A stretch of 64,000 nucleotides of DNA from Candidatus Collierbacteria bacterium GW2011_GWB2_45_17 (GTDB taxonomy: Bacteria > Patescibacteriota > Microgenomatia > UBA1400 > MFAQ01): NCBI GenBank assembly GCA_001001485.1, contig LCKO01000002.1, positions 47,567 to 111,566 on the forward strand, read 5' to 3'. Positions within the stretch are counted from its first letter, which is position 1, and the number at the start of each line of letters is the position of its first letter. This document shows, in pieces, positions 37,029 to 45,766 of this stretch. The notes below the pieces were generated by a model. It was given only the letters and a program-made list of their open reading frames with translations. It searched no databases and had not been told where the DNA came from. Position numbers and translations under genes: made by a program.

Positions 37029-37943
37029 ATGCTGGAATTTGAAAGAAAGAAATTAATTGAAACCGAAATTTATGAAAAACCCCTACCTTTCTTTAACCCA
37101 GAGGTTTACGAAACTCACCTTGGTCTCTCTTATCTCCGGGAGCCAGGTGTCGCCATTATTTCCATTCCTTATGTCGATCTCAGAGGTGCGCAGGGTTTCT
37201 TAGATGGTTTTCCCCGAGAATTGGAATTTTTTAAGTATCTTGAAGACCCCACTCCCATCCCGTCTTCCGAAGCCCTCTGTAAGTTTGCCGGCCAACTTTG
37301 CTTTTTGAGTCATGGCCCTCAGCGGACTATGAACAAAGATGCTCAGAAATATTTTCAAAACATCAAAGAATCTGGTCATGGATCCGTCCTGGAACACGCC
37401 AACATTTCCATTCTGCTTTGGGGAGTTTCGCGGAGCCTCACTCACGAACTGGTCCGCCATCGGGCCGGTTTTGGTTTTTCTCAAGTTTCTCAGCGGTACG
37501 TCGGAGGTCGCACTCTTCGCTTCATCGAGCGACCGGAATATGTCGACGACGCTTTTCTCCATGAACTTTTTGAAGATCGAATTGAAAGGACTCAGCGAGA
37601 ATACGAAGGTATTACCGATTATTTACTGGAAAAACAAAAAGCCGGTTCTGAAATCCTCAGTGCCGACCGTAAAACCGATCTCCGTAAAAAAGTCCGCCAG
37701 GCGGCAAGGTCTCTCTTGCCCAATGAAACCGAAGCCCCGATCGTCGTCACCGGGAATGCCCGAGCCTGGAGACATTTTCTGAACATGCGGGGTAGTGAAC
37801 ATGCCGAAATCGAGATTCGTCGTGCCGCTTTCGAAACCTACCGCTGTCTCTCTCAAGTGGCTCCGCTTCTCTTCGAGGACTTCGGCGTGGCTCACTTGCC
37901 GGACGGCACCCACGGGCTCACCACCCACTTCCCCAAAGTTTAG
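37029..37943 (+). CDS. thyX: FAD-dependent thymidylate synthase ThyX
   Basis: ThyX signature HELVRHRAGFGFSQVSQRY (RHRx7-8S..SQRY). Confidence 0.85.
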   Translation: MLEFERKKLIETEIYEKPLPFFNPEVYETHLGLSYLREPGVAIISIPYVDLRGAQGFLDGFPRELEFFKYLEDPTPIPSSEALCKFAGQLCFLSHGPQRTMNKDAQKYFQNIKESGHGSVLEHANISILLWGVSRSLTHELVRHRAGFGFSQVSQRYVGGRTLRFIERPEYVDDAFLHELFEDRIERTQREYEGITDYLLEKQKAGSEILSADRKTDLRKKVRQAARSLLPNETEAPIVVTGNARAWRHFLNMRGSEHAEIEIRRAAFETYRCLSQVAPLLFEDFGVAHLPDGTHGLTTHFPKV

Positions 37944-39013
37944 CTCTTATTTCCAAACGCCGGGGAAACTGCAAAAGGAATTTCTTCCCAGTCCTTTGAT
38001 TTTCTTACCTTTAGGTTTTTCGCCCAAACCGCGTCCAGAATTTTGGTATCTACTCCCTTGCCCCTTGCCATAGCCCTCAGAGCCAGCAGATCTTTCGGGA
38101 AACACTTCCCTCCAAATCCCTTCAGGGTGGTAATGTCCAAGTGACCGTCAAGAATTCTTTTATCCGCCACCACCATTTTCTTCACCTCTTCGTACTTTAT
38201 CCCCAGCTTTTCACAAATCTCCGCCATCTCATTGGCAAAAATAACTTTAGTCGCCAGAAAACAGTTGGCCATGTACTTCACCATCTCGGCCGAAGTCGGA
38301 TCTGTTTGGTATATCGGGGCCAGCGGTAGCACCGCCTGGTACATCGCCGACACTCTTCGGGATACCTGATCGTTGCTCGCTCCTATTACAATCCTGTCCG
38401 CATTGACAAAGTCTTGTAGAAATGAAGCTTCCCTCAGAAACTCGGGGTTAAAACAAAACAAACTCTCCGGATACTTCCTGATGTAGCCCGCCGTCGTTCC
38501 AGGAACTACTGTCGACTTGATAATGATGATTTTATCGGTACCCTTAGTCAGTTTAGCCAGGATCTTCATATTTTCATCCATAATCGATAGATCTATTCCC
38601 GACTCGTCTTCCCTAATGGGGGTTGGTAAGCAAACGAAAATATAATCGGACTTATCTACCACCTCTGCTAAAGACTCAAAATCTTTATATTTATCGTAAA
38701 CATGGATCTCGTGATTGGAAAAGCCATACTCCACCGCCTGCCCCACAAAGCCGTAGCCAATAATCCCAATTCGGAACTTTCTCTTAGTACTAAAATTTCC
38801 GCTTTGAATCACCGGCATCACCCCTCTGGCACCACCACTGTTTTGCTGTAATCTTCCCTTATCAATCAAAGTTTTTACATACTGGTGAATGGTGGGGACG
38901 CTTCTTTTAAACTTCTTGGCAATTTCCTCCAAGGTTGGCGAAAACTGATTTGCTTGATAATATTCTTCGATGAAATCAAGAATCTGCTTTTGTTTGGGGG
39001 TTATACCTAACAT
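37940..39013 (-). CDS. Fusion of LexA-type winged-HTH DNA-binding domain with UDP-glucose/GDP-mannose dehydrogenase-family NAD-binding and central domains (no obvious C-terminal UDP-binding domain)
   Basis: N-term LGITPKQKQILDFIEEYYQANQFSPTLEEIAKKF..TIHQYVKTLIDKG resembles LexA N-domain; then Rossmann IGIIGYGFVGQA and UDPG-DH central-domain-like region. Confidence 0.55.
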   Translation of the reverse strand: MLGITPKQKQILDFIEEYYQANQFSPTLEEIAKKFKRSVPTIHQYVKTLIDKGRLQQNSGGARGVMPVIQSGNFSTKRKFRIGIIGYGFVGQAVEYGFSNHEIHVYDKYKDFESLAEVVDKSDYIFVCLPTPIREDESGIDLSIMDENMKILAKLTKGTDKIIIIKSTVVPGTTAGYIRKYPESLFCFNPEFLREASFLQDFVNADRIVIGASNDQVSRRVSAMYQAVLPLAPIYQTDPTSAEMVKYMANCFLATKVIFANEMAEICEKLGIKYEEVKKMVVADKRILDGHLDITTLKGFGGKCFPKDLLALRAMARGKGVDTKILDAVWAKNLKVRKSKDWEEIPFAVSPAFGNKS

Positions 39014-39077
39014 ATTACTTATAATTTACTAATATTATTCATATTAATCCTATATTTTCACTCTGTCAAACAATTTT

Positions 39078-39926
39078 TTACCGAAATGGACCACGCAGAT
39101 TTTCCGGTAAATACTTCGCTATCTCAAACATCGCTTCCGTGGACGCCAAACTTGCCTTCTCGGTCGTAATAAAAAAGGGTTTCCCTACTACCATTTCAAC
39201 TTCCTTTGGTATTTCGGCCCAAACCGCCACCGGCACCGTCGGAATTCCCATTTTGCTCGCCAGAATGGCGAGTTTCCCCGATCCTTCATGATAAGTTTCT
39301 GTCGGCGAGATCTCTCCACCCTTTTCGATGTGTCCTTCCGGAGACATAAGGACTATATTTTTTTCTTTTAATGCTCGCATCATTTTCCTAACCGCGCTTG
39401 TCCTGCCGCCTAGAAAATCTTTCCTGTCTTCTGCTGTCGGCACGGAAATAATATTCTCCGAATACATGCGGTGGAATCTTTCCAGTAGCTGTACCGAGCC
39501 TGGTAGGGTAGTTTTTCCATTAAAATTGCTGGTTGTCAAGGATATTTCCGAAGCCATAGCTAGTTTTACTTGTTGGCCATTTACGTCATAAATCTGGACA
39601 AATAATTTCAACATGGCCGGCAAAAGCACATCCATGTTTGGATGGTTAAAAACAATCAGACAGCCGGTGTCTTTCGGAATATTTTCCAAGCCACTAAAAT
39701 TCACTTTGGTTTTTGTTTCCAATTCCCAAAGCAATTTTCTCGCATCTTCTACCAAACTTCTTCCCGTCTCCTCTTTAATCATTCCTGTCACCAGTTCATT
39801 CAAGAGCCCCGCTCTATAAAACGAAGCGGCAATTCCAGGCAGTCTTCTGAGTTCTGGCGACAGAGGCATGGCATATAAGATAACATAAACTTTATAGATA
39901 TGGATATCACTGCCGCCCACCGACAC
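39078..39926 (-). CDS. Lysophospholipid acyltransferase (PlsC-like)
   Basis: HxxxxD motif FNHPNMD plus EGHIEKGG-type block. Confidence 0.5.
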   Translation of the reverse strand: MSVGGSDIHIYKVYVILYAMPLSPELRRLPGIAASFYRAGLLNELVTGMIKEETGRSLVEDARKLLWELETKTKVNFSGLENIPKDTGCLIVFNHPNMDVLLPAMLKLFVQIYDVNGQQVKLAMASEISLTTSNFNGKTTLPGSVQLLERFHRMYSENIISVPTAEDRKDFLGGRTSAVRKMMRALKEKNIVLMSPEGHIEKGGEISPTETYHEGSGKLAILASKMGIPTVPVAVWAEIPKEVEMVVGKPFFITTEKASLASTEAMFEIAKYLPENLRGPFR

Positions 39927-40499
39927 TTAAAAAAAGACTCACGGCTTGCCCCGCTACTGTCCAAGTACTCCCTATCTCTGTCAAAGATTTCCACCGATCT
40001 CTTCCGTGACCTTCTCGAGTCGATCATTGGTCAGCAACTCTCGGTCAAAGCCGCATCGACTATCATTAAACGCTTTGTTGCTCTTTTCCCCGATCCTAAA
40101 AACATCAAGCCGAAAGATATCCTGGCCCAAAACGCGGACACTCTCCGGTCCGTCGGTCTTTCCCGTCAAAAAATCTCTTACCTCCAGTCTCTTTCCGAAT
40201 TCATACTTTCCGAAAAATTAGTTCTGGCTTCCCTTAAGGACTTGTCAGATGAAGCGGTCATCGAGAACTTGATTCAGGTCAAAGGTATCGGTCGCTGGAC
40301 CGCCGAAATGATATTAATTTTTTCTCTAGGTCGAGAAGATGTTTTTTCTGTTGGAGATCTTGGTTTGCGGACTGCCGTTTCCAAAATTTATGGCGTCGAT
40401 CGTGAAGATAAAATAAAAATCGAAAATATTGCTAAGAAATGGAGCCCTTACCGCTCTTTAGCCAGCCTCTATCTCTGGCAGAGTTTGGACAATAAATAG
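39900..40499 (+). CDS. HhH-GPD family DNA glycosylase (AlkA / 3-methyladenine glycosylase II-like)
   Basis: GQQLSVKAASTI, helix-hairpin-helix VKGIGRWTAEM, catalytic Asp region VGDLGLR. Confidence 0.75.
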   Translation: MDITAAHRHLKKDSRLAPLLSKYSLSLSKISTDLFRDLLESIIGQQLSVKAASTIIKRFVALFPDPKNIKPKDILAQNADTLRSVGLSRQKISYLQSLSEFILSEKLVLASLKDLSDEAVIENLIQVKGIGRWTAEMILIFSLGREDVFSVGDLGLRTAVSKIYGVDREDKIKIENIAKKWSPYRSLASLYLWQSLDNK

Positions 40500-40541
40500 T
40501 TGCTATAAAAAACCGGGTGCTCATGACACCCGGTATCCAAA

Positions 40542-41186
40542 TTATGGGAAAACGACTTCTTTCTTCGCTATTTCCAAAGTTTCAGCGGCTCTTTCCACCC
40601 CTGCCCGATATTTTTCAGGGATCCCGTTCCGGTAAAACAAACTTACCGCGTTTGGCCGGAACCAAATCAAATGATAGGTATCCAACCATTCTCCACCCCG
40701 ATAGTCGTCTACCGGTTCTTCACCCCAGACGGTATAACCTACCCTCTCCAGAGCCTTACGAGAAGCTTCGTTTACCACCCGCACCGTGCTCCGGATCGTA
40801 AAACGGTTAAGAAAATTGGCTGCGAACATAGTTCTACCTAAATGAGCTGCGGATGCCACTCCTTTTCCCCACCATGCCGGATCCCAAATAATGATTCCCG
40901 AATAGCAGGAATTTTCTCTGTTACTTAGTTCATGAATCCCCGATACCCCAATAGGCACGTCAGACCCCTTGGGTTGTATCGCCCACAGGCAGCAGCTAGG
41001 ATCAACTCTTCTCTTTTCATACCACTCGGTTTCGTTTTCCAGGGTCTGAGCAAACATCCCCTTGGTATGCATGTGAACCTTCATTGACGAAAAATTCTTC
41101 ACCAATATCGGAAGGTCATCCTTAGAAAACGCTCTCAAGACCACTTCTTGTTCCTTGTGTGAAACTACCATAGTTACTCCAAACAT
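40542..41186 (-). CDS. GNAT family N-acetyltransferase (RimL/Acetyltransf_3-like)
   Basis: 214 aa; GNAT motif A-like VRVVNEASRKALERVGY. Confidence 0.6.
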   Translation of the reverse strand: MFGVTMVVSHKEQEVVLRAFSKDDLPILVKNFSSMKVHMHTKGMFAQTLENETEWYEKRRVDPSCCLWAIQPKGSDVPIGVSGIHELSNRENSCYSGIIIWDPAWWGKGVASAAHLGRTMFAANFLNRFTIRSTVRVVNEASRKALERVGYTVWGEEPVDDYRGGEWLDTYHLIWFRPNAVSLFYRNGIPEKYRAGVERAAETLEIAKKEVVFP

Positions 41187-41280
41187 TTATGCCTCCTTTT
41201 TTAGTGTGCCAGCCACGTAAGCTACTCATGAGATAGCTTTGTTTGGCCGGTTAAAACTCCAAAAAGAGGAAAAAACGAAA

Positions 41281-41305
41281 AAAGCCTCCATTTGGAGGCT
41301 TAAAC
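41281..41305. promoter_or_regulatory. Perfect hairpin (agcctcca-ttt-ggaggct) in 284-bp intergenic region; on minus strand followed by U-run (terminator/attenuator-like) upstream of GNAT gene
   Basis: Read directly; GGAGGC also recurs at the GNAT RBS and once more upstream, allowing alternative pairings. Confidence 0.3.
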
Positions 41306-41470
41306 AGTAAACTAAGTTTGCTCTTATGCCTCCATATAGGTATCACAAAGGACACCCATAGAATGGGTTTCTTTATAGGCATTAGGATGCATGCTTCTTA
41401 TCATGCGCATATTATAACACATTATAAGACAGATTCGTTCTCCGCTTTAACTTTGGGATATATTTAAAGT

Positions 41471-41875
41471 ATGAACCAATCCTCTACCTACCTCTGGTAC
41501 CAAACCCTGATAAAACCCTCTTGGGCGCCTCCATCCTGGCTCTTTGGACCCGTCTGGACAGTTCTCTACGTTCTCATCGCCTTTTCATTCGGAACCGTTT
41601 TTTACCGCATCTACCGGAAAAAGCTCAAGCCACGACTCGCTCTGCCCTTTGTTCTTAATCTGATTTTTAATTTTATTTTTACTCCCATTCAGTTCCGTTT
41701 ACAAAATAACCTTCTGGCGGCTCTGGATATTCTTCTCGTTCTTACCACCTTGATCTGGGCTATCAGAATAATTTATAAGAAAATCCGTTGGGTAGCCCTT
41801 ATTAATCTTCCATATCTGGCTTGGGTTTCCTTTGCCACCATCCTTCAGTTCACCGTCACTTATCTAAATCGATAA
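41471..41875 (+). CDS. tspO: TspO/MBR family tryptophan-rich sensory protein
   Basis: KPSWAPPSWLFGPVWTVLYVLIA, 5 TM helices, 134 aa. Confidence 0.8.
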   Translation: MNQSSTYLWYQTLIKPSWAPPSWLFGPVWTVLYVLIAFSFGTVFYRIYRKKLKPRLALPFVLNLIFNFIFTPIQFRLQNNLLAALDILLVLTTLIWAIRIIYKKIRWVALINLPYLAWVSFATILQFTVTYLNR

Positions 41876-41889
41876 ACTAAAATAACTGC

Positions 41890-42552
41890 ATGGAAGTCCG
41901 CTTGGAACAATCATGGAAGAGCCTCCTCAAAGATGAGCTCGAAAAGCTTTATTTTAAGGAGTTAACTGACTTTGTCAGAAAAGAATACCAAACCACCACC
42001 GTCTACCCCCCTCCCAAGTTTATTTTTAACGCCCTTGATAGCCTCTCCGTGGATAAAGTCAAAGTCGTCATTCTCGGCCAGGATCCTTATCACGGTCCCG
42101 GCCAGGCCCACGGTCTCTCCTTTTCGGTACCGGAAGGAATCGCCATACCTCCATCTCTGCAAAATATCTATAAAGAAATTGAAACTGATTTGGGGAACCC
42201 TCGCCACGCTTCCGGCAATCTGGAGCGTTGGGTCAAACAGGGAGTCCTGCTTCTAAATGCCACTCTCACCGTCCGGGCAAATCAAGCCGGTTCACACCAA
42301 AATAAAGGCTGGGAAACTTTTACCTCTGCCATCATCCACCATCTAGCCGAAAAAAAAGACCACCTCGTCTTCATCCTCTGGGGAAACTATGCCCAAAGAA
42401 AAGGCTCTTTTATCGATGAAAAGAATCATCTGGTTCTCCGCTCGCCCCACCCCTCTCCGCTTTCGGCTTACAGCGGCTTCTTTGGCAGCCGCCCCTTTAG
42501 CCAAACCAACAAATACTTGGTCAAAAACGGCCAAATACCTATTGACTGGTAA
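41890..42552 (+). CDS. ung: Uracil-DNA glycosylase (family 1)
   Basis: GQDPYHGPGQAHGLSFSV, HPSPLS motifs. Confidence 0.9.
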   Translation: MEVRLEQSWKSLLKDELEKLYFKELTDFVRKEYQTTTVYPPPKFIFNALDSLSVDKVKVVILGQDPYHGPGQAHGLSFSVPEGIAIPPSLQNIYKEIETDLGNPRHASGNLERWVKQGVLLLNATLTVRANQAGSHQNKGWETFTSAIIHHLAEKKDHLVFILWGNYAQRKGSFIDEKNHLVLRSPHPSPLSAYSGFFGSRPFSQTNKYLVKNGQIPIDW

Positions 42553-42554
42553 CC

Positions 42555-43133
42555 TTATCTTGCGTTCAAACCCGGTTGTAACTTTGGTGTCGGGGTTTTT
42601 ATCGTTCTGGTCACGATTGGTTTGGTCGTAGGTGTTGGGCAGACAAGAATCTTTTCACAAGGAGCCTGGATACACTGTACTTCTTGATAATAACAGCCCT
42701 TTCCTAACTTTGGTGTGGGTGTCGAAATAGGTAATATTTTATATAATTTCTTCAAGCGATCGTAAAGTGTCGTAATTTGAGCGCACCTTACTTTAATAAC
42801 TTTCTCAATCGATGCCAGTTCTCTGGTGCCGGTCTTATCTTCACTCCATTTCCCATCCTTGAAATTGTCGCCCGCCACAATGTCATCATCAGTCGTTTTT
42901 TCTATTTGTATTTGAGGTCCGGAAAATCGATCACAAGCAGATTTCATTGTACTAAGTATGCTGGCGATAGCCTCATACCGATTTCCTGGAGCAATATCCG
43001 TCGTTACTGCCTTTACCTGACCCTTACTAAACAGAGCGTCAAATGGCCAGAAAGACGAAGCCGAAGAAGCAAACACCACCGAGCCGGCTATCATCGCCGA
43101 CAAAAAGCCGATTATTATAGTTTTTTTATTCAT
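42555..43133 (-). CDS. Secreted Cys-containing hypothetical protein
   Basis: Signal/anchor segment, TPTPK linkers, several Cys; no family. Confidence 0.35.
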   Translation of the reverse strand: MNKKTIIIGFLSAMIAGSVVFASSASSFWPFDALFSKGQVKAVTTDIAPGNRYEAIASILSTMKSACDRFSGPQIQIEKTTDDDIVAGDNFKDGKWSEDKTGTRELASIEKVIKVRCAQITTLYDRLKKLYKILPISTPTPKLGKGCYYQEVQCIQAPCEKILVCPTPTTKPIVTRTIKTPTPKLQPGLNAR

Positions 43134-43197
43134 ACGACAGCTAGACTTATTAATACTTCATTATATACACAAATAAAAACCAGATACAATACAACCC

Positions 43198-43488
43198 ATG
43201 GAAATTCAAAAAAGGTTCAATCGTGAACGTTTTTCCTTTTCCGGTCAGGGAGAGGTCTATTCCTTTACCATCATTTACGACGCTCCCAGAGGCTTTACCC
43301 AATTTGCTCCTTACCCAATCGCCTTGGTTAAGCTCAAAGAAGGCAACCTGATCACCGCTCAGCTAACCGACGTTGACCTAGACGATATCTATATCGGTAT
43401 GCCGGTCGAAATGGTCACCAGAAAACAATCGGAAGATGGCGAGCGTGGCTTGATCACTTACGGCTACAAATTCCGTCCAAGAATGTAG
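43198..43488 (+). CDS. Small OB-fold protein (DUF35-like)
   Basis: 96 aa; weak resemblance to DUF35 OB-fold family. Confidence 0.3.
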   Translation: MEIQKRFNRERFSFSGQGEVYSFTIIYDAPRGFTQFAPYPIALVKLKEGNLITAQLTDVDLDDIYIGMPVEMVTRKQSEDGERGLITYGYKFRPRM

Positions 43489-43492
43489 AAAT

Positions 43493-44314
43493 CTAGAGCC
43501 AGCGGAAAAAACTACCCGGGAAAGCCACTTCGTCACCCCCGAAACGTCGTTTGAACTCCGTAAAACCAAGCCATCTTTTTTGGGGCCAGCGTTCGTCATA
43601 AATTCCCTCCAGGTCAAAAAACTTGAGTCCTTCTTTTTTTGCCCTCAGAATCTCTTCCCAAACCAATTTGTAATGGGCTCCGGAAGCTCGTCCTTCACCA
43701 CTCGTCCACGTCTGATAGTAATTCGCTGTGTCACTTGAGTACATCACCAGCAATCCGGAGTGATAAACCTCACCGGATCTGCTAACGATCAGCTTGGCTT
43801 TTCCTCGGAAATGTTTTTTAATACTTTTTAATTCTTTAATACTCATAGTCCAAACCTTACTACTTTTCTTCCATAGTTGGTGAAACTTCTCCACCTCGAC
43901 CTCCTCGATCATTACTTTTTTGTTTTTTACTATCTGCCGTCTGGCGTTCTCCGACAAGTTTTTCCATAACCGTTCTTCCGTCTGGGTGAGGTCCGTGATG
44001 TAAGTTTTGGTGGCGAGATAGGGGAAGCGGGTAAGGTGGTACCCCGCCATTTGATAACCCAGACGATCCTGCACTCTAATTGGTTCAATCACGGAACTAA
44101 CCACCCTATACTTTCTTTTTACTTTTTTAAGTTCGTTCCAGTTTGGGTCATACGAGGATCTCTGTAACTTCATCATCTTCAAACCAAAAATTCCCAGGGG
44201 AATGATAAAGGCTCTCATGCTGTGCTGTTTGTCTTCCGACCCAATGCTCACCACTTTCCATCTCTTGTCGGTCAAGTAACCTTTCCAGCCCAAAGTCTGC
44301 CTTAGATCCTCCAT
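43493..44314 (-). CDS. FemAB-family peptidoglycan bridge-forming aminoacyltransferase-like protein (paralog 2)
   Basis: Paralogous to upstream ORF; FemAB-like C-terminal region (LKFFDLEGI..FKRRFGG). Confidence 0.5.
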   Translation of the reverse strand: MEDLRQTLGWKGYLTDKRWKVVSIGSEDKQHSMRAFIIPLGIFGLKMMKLQRSSYDPNWNELKKVKRKYRVVSSVIEPIRVQDRLGYQMAGYHLTRFPYLATKTYITDLTQTEERLWKNLSENARRQIVKNKKVMIEEVEVEKFHQLWKKSSKVWTMSIKELKSIKKHFRGKAKLIVSRSGEVYHSGLLVMYSSDTANYYQTWTSGEGRASGAHYKLVWEEILRAKKEGLKFFDLEGIYDERWPQKRWLGFTEFKRRFGGDEVAFPGSFFRWL

Positions 44315-45334
44315 TTATTTTCTTATTTTAGCTACCAGTTTGAGGACTACCCATCTCAGCTTTTCCGCCCAGTTGTAAATTAAATACTCAAAGTTGTTAA
44401 TTACCAGATCATATGTTCCTACAAACTCAATCAGTTCCGCCCCATAGCCTTGTTTAAATCGGTGAAAGCCGTACCATGGGTCCGTGGTGTCCGGTTCCGG
44501 CCCCAGGCTCCCCCAAAGGTCAAACAATTTACATCCTTGTTTTTTTCCAAACTTGATTGCCTCCCACATCATTAGATTATTAGCCATCACTTCTCGATGA
44601 GTATTACTCGATGCTCCGTATGGATAATACAAAACCCCATTCAACTCAAACAATACCCAAGTAGTCAGAGTCTCTCCCCGATAAACGGCCTTAAACAGGT
44701 GCCCGCTTCCCGATTCAACCATTGTTTTCCACATCTGTTGGTGGTAATTCTTTGAGTGGGCAAAAAACCCTTGCCGTTTGGTAGTCTCCTCCATCAGTTT
44801 CCAGTACTCTTCAAAACCTTGTTCCGAGTTATCTTCTACAATCTTCACTCCTTTTTTCTCCGCCAAGCGAAAGTTATATTTGGTCTTCGGGTGCATTTTC
44901 TTCAACAGCTCCTCCTCGCTCACCGAGATATCCAGCTGGAACGAGTACTTAGTAAACAACGGTTTCCCCTTTACCAATTTAAAGTCCAGGCTGAGATTTT
45001 TTATTCTTTCCAGCTCGGCAACTCCGGCTTTTTCATTTGGTTCAAACTTCACCACCAAGGCTCTCATTTTTTTGGCTATCTCCGCTATTGCCTCCAGCGC
45101 TTCCCGATCCGGAATCGCCGATTTGGGGCAATACCCAATATATCTATTTATCTTGGGAATTTTGTGCCAGGTAATCTGATAGACCTCCTTCTTCGCCTCG
45201 CCGAAGTCTTGACGAAGGCGGGTTACCCTTACCCCAGTTTGCTTCCGAAACTCTCCCCACTGCCACGATTGCAACGGATGCCTCGCCGCTTCGTTAAAAT
45301 TTTTCTTATCAGAATCTGTTACCTCTCTTATCAC
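44315..45334 (-). CDS. FemAB-family peptidoglycan bridge-forming aminoacyltransferase-like protein (paralog 1)
   Basis: N-term HPLQSWQWGEFRK..; C-term FDLWGSLGPEP..FKQGYGAE pattern of FemX/FemAB. Confidence 0.55.
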   Translation of the reverse strand: MIREVTDSDKKNFNEAARHPLQSWQWGEFRKQTGVRVTRLRQDFGEAKKEVYQITWHKIPKINRYIGYCPKSAIPDREALEAIAEIAKKMRALVVKFEPNEKAGVAELERIKNLSLDFKLVKGKPLFTKYSFQLDISVSEEELLKKMHPKTKYNFRLAEKKGVKIVEDNSEQGFEEYWKLMEETTKRQGFFAHSKNYHQQMWKTMVESGSGHLFKAVYRGETLTTWVLFELNGVLYYPYGASSNTHREVMANNLMMWEAIKFGKKQGCKLFDLWGSLGPEPDTTDPWYGFHRFKQGYGAELIEFVGTYDLVINNFEYLIYNWAEKLRWVVLKLVAKIRK

Positions 45335-45362
45335 AATCTATTCTAAACTACAGTTCCCGATA

Positions 45363-45722
45363 TTATATCCCCTCCACTGGTTCTGGAAGAGCTTCATCCA
45401 GTATAATTTGATCTTCTGTCGGTTCAAATAGAGTCTCGTCAACCACACTTTGATCCTCCACCGGTACTTCTTGATCAACCTCTTCGGTCGTAAAGATTTC
45501 TTCGGTTATTGGTTCAAATGCCTTGGGAGAACTTTCTGGGGCTGTCGGTGCTACCGGAGTTTTACTGGCAACTTTTGCCGAAATAATTAAAGTGGCGAAC
45601 ACTGCTGTAACTACTAGAAGTAAAGTCACCAGTCCCCAAACAATCATTCCGCCTTTTTTCTTCGGAAGAATAACCTCACCGTTTAAATTGTTTGAGTTCA
45701 GGGGAATATTTATGTCATCCAT
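45363..45722 (-). CDS. Membrane-anchored acidic protein with PVAPTAPESSP motif
   Basis: TM anchor then motif shared with ORFs at 53056 and 54615; acidic C-terminus. Confidence 0.35.
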   Translation of the reverse strand: MDDINIPLNSNNLNGEVILPKKKGGMIVWGLVTLLLVVTAVFATLIISAKVASKTPVAPTAPESSPKAFEPITEEIFTTEEVDQEVPVEDQSVVDETLFEPTEDQIILDEALPEPVEGI

Positions 45723-45766
45723 AGCAATTCGTTATTTAATGTTAATTCCAATATAACATAATCAGG

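Noticed and set aside
41187-41470. tRNA, tmRNA, SRP RNA or RNase P RNA in the largest intergenic gap
   Set aside because: No cloverleaf or conserved motif could be traced by eye, so it is retained only as a possible leader/sRNA finding.
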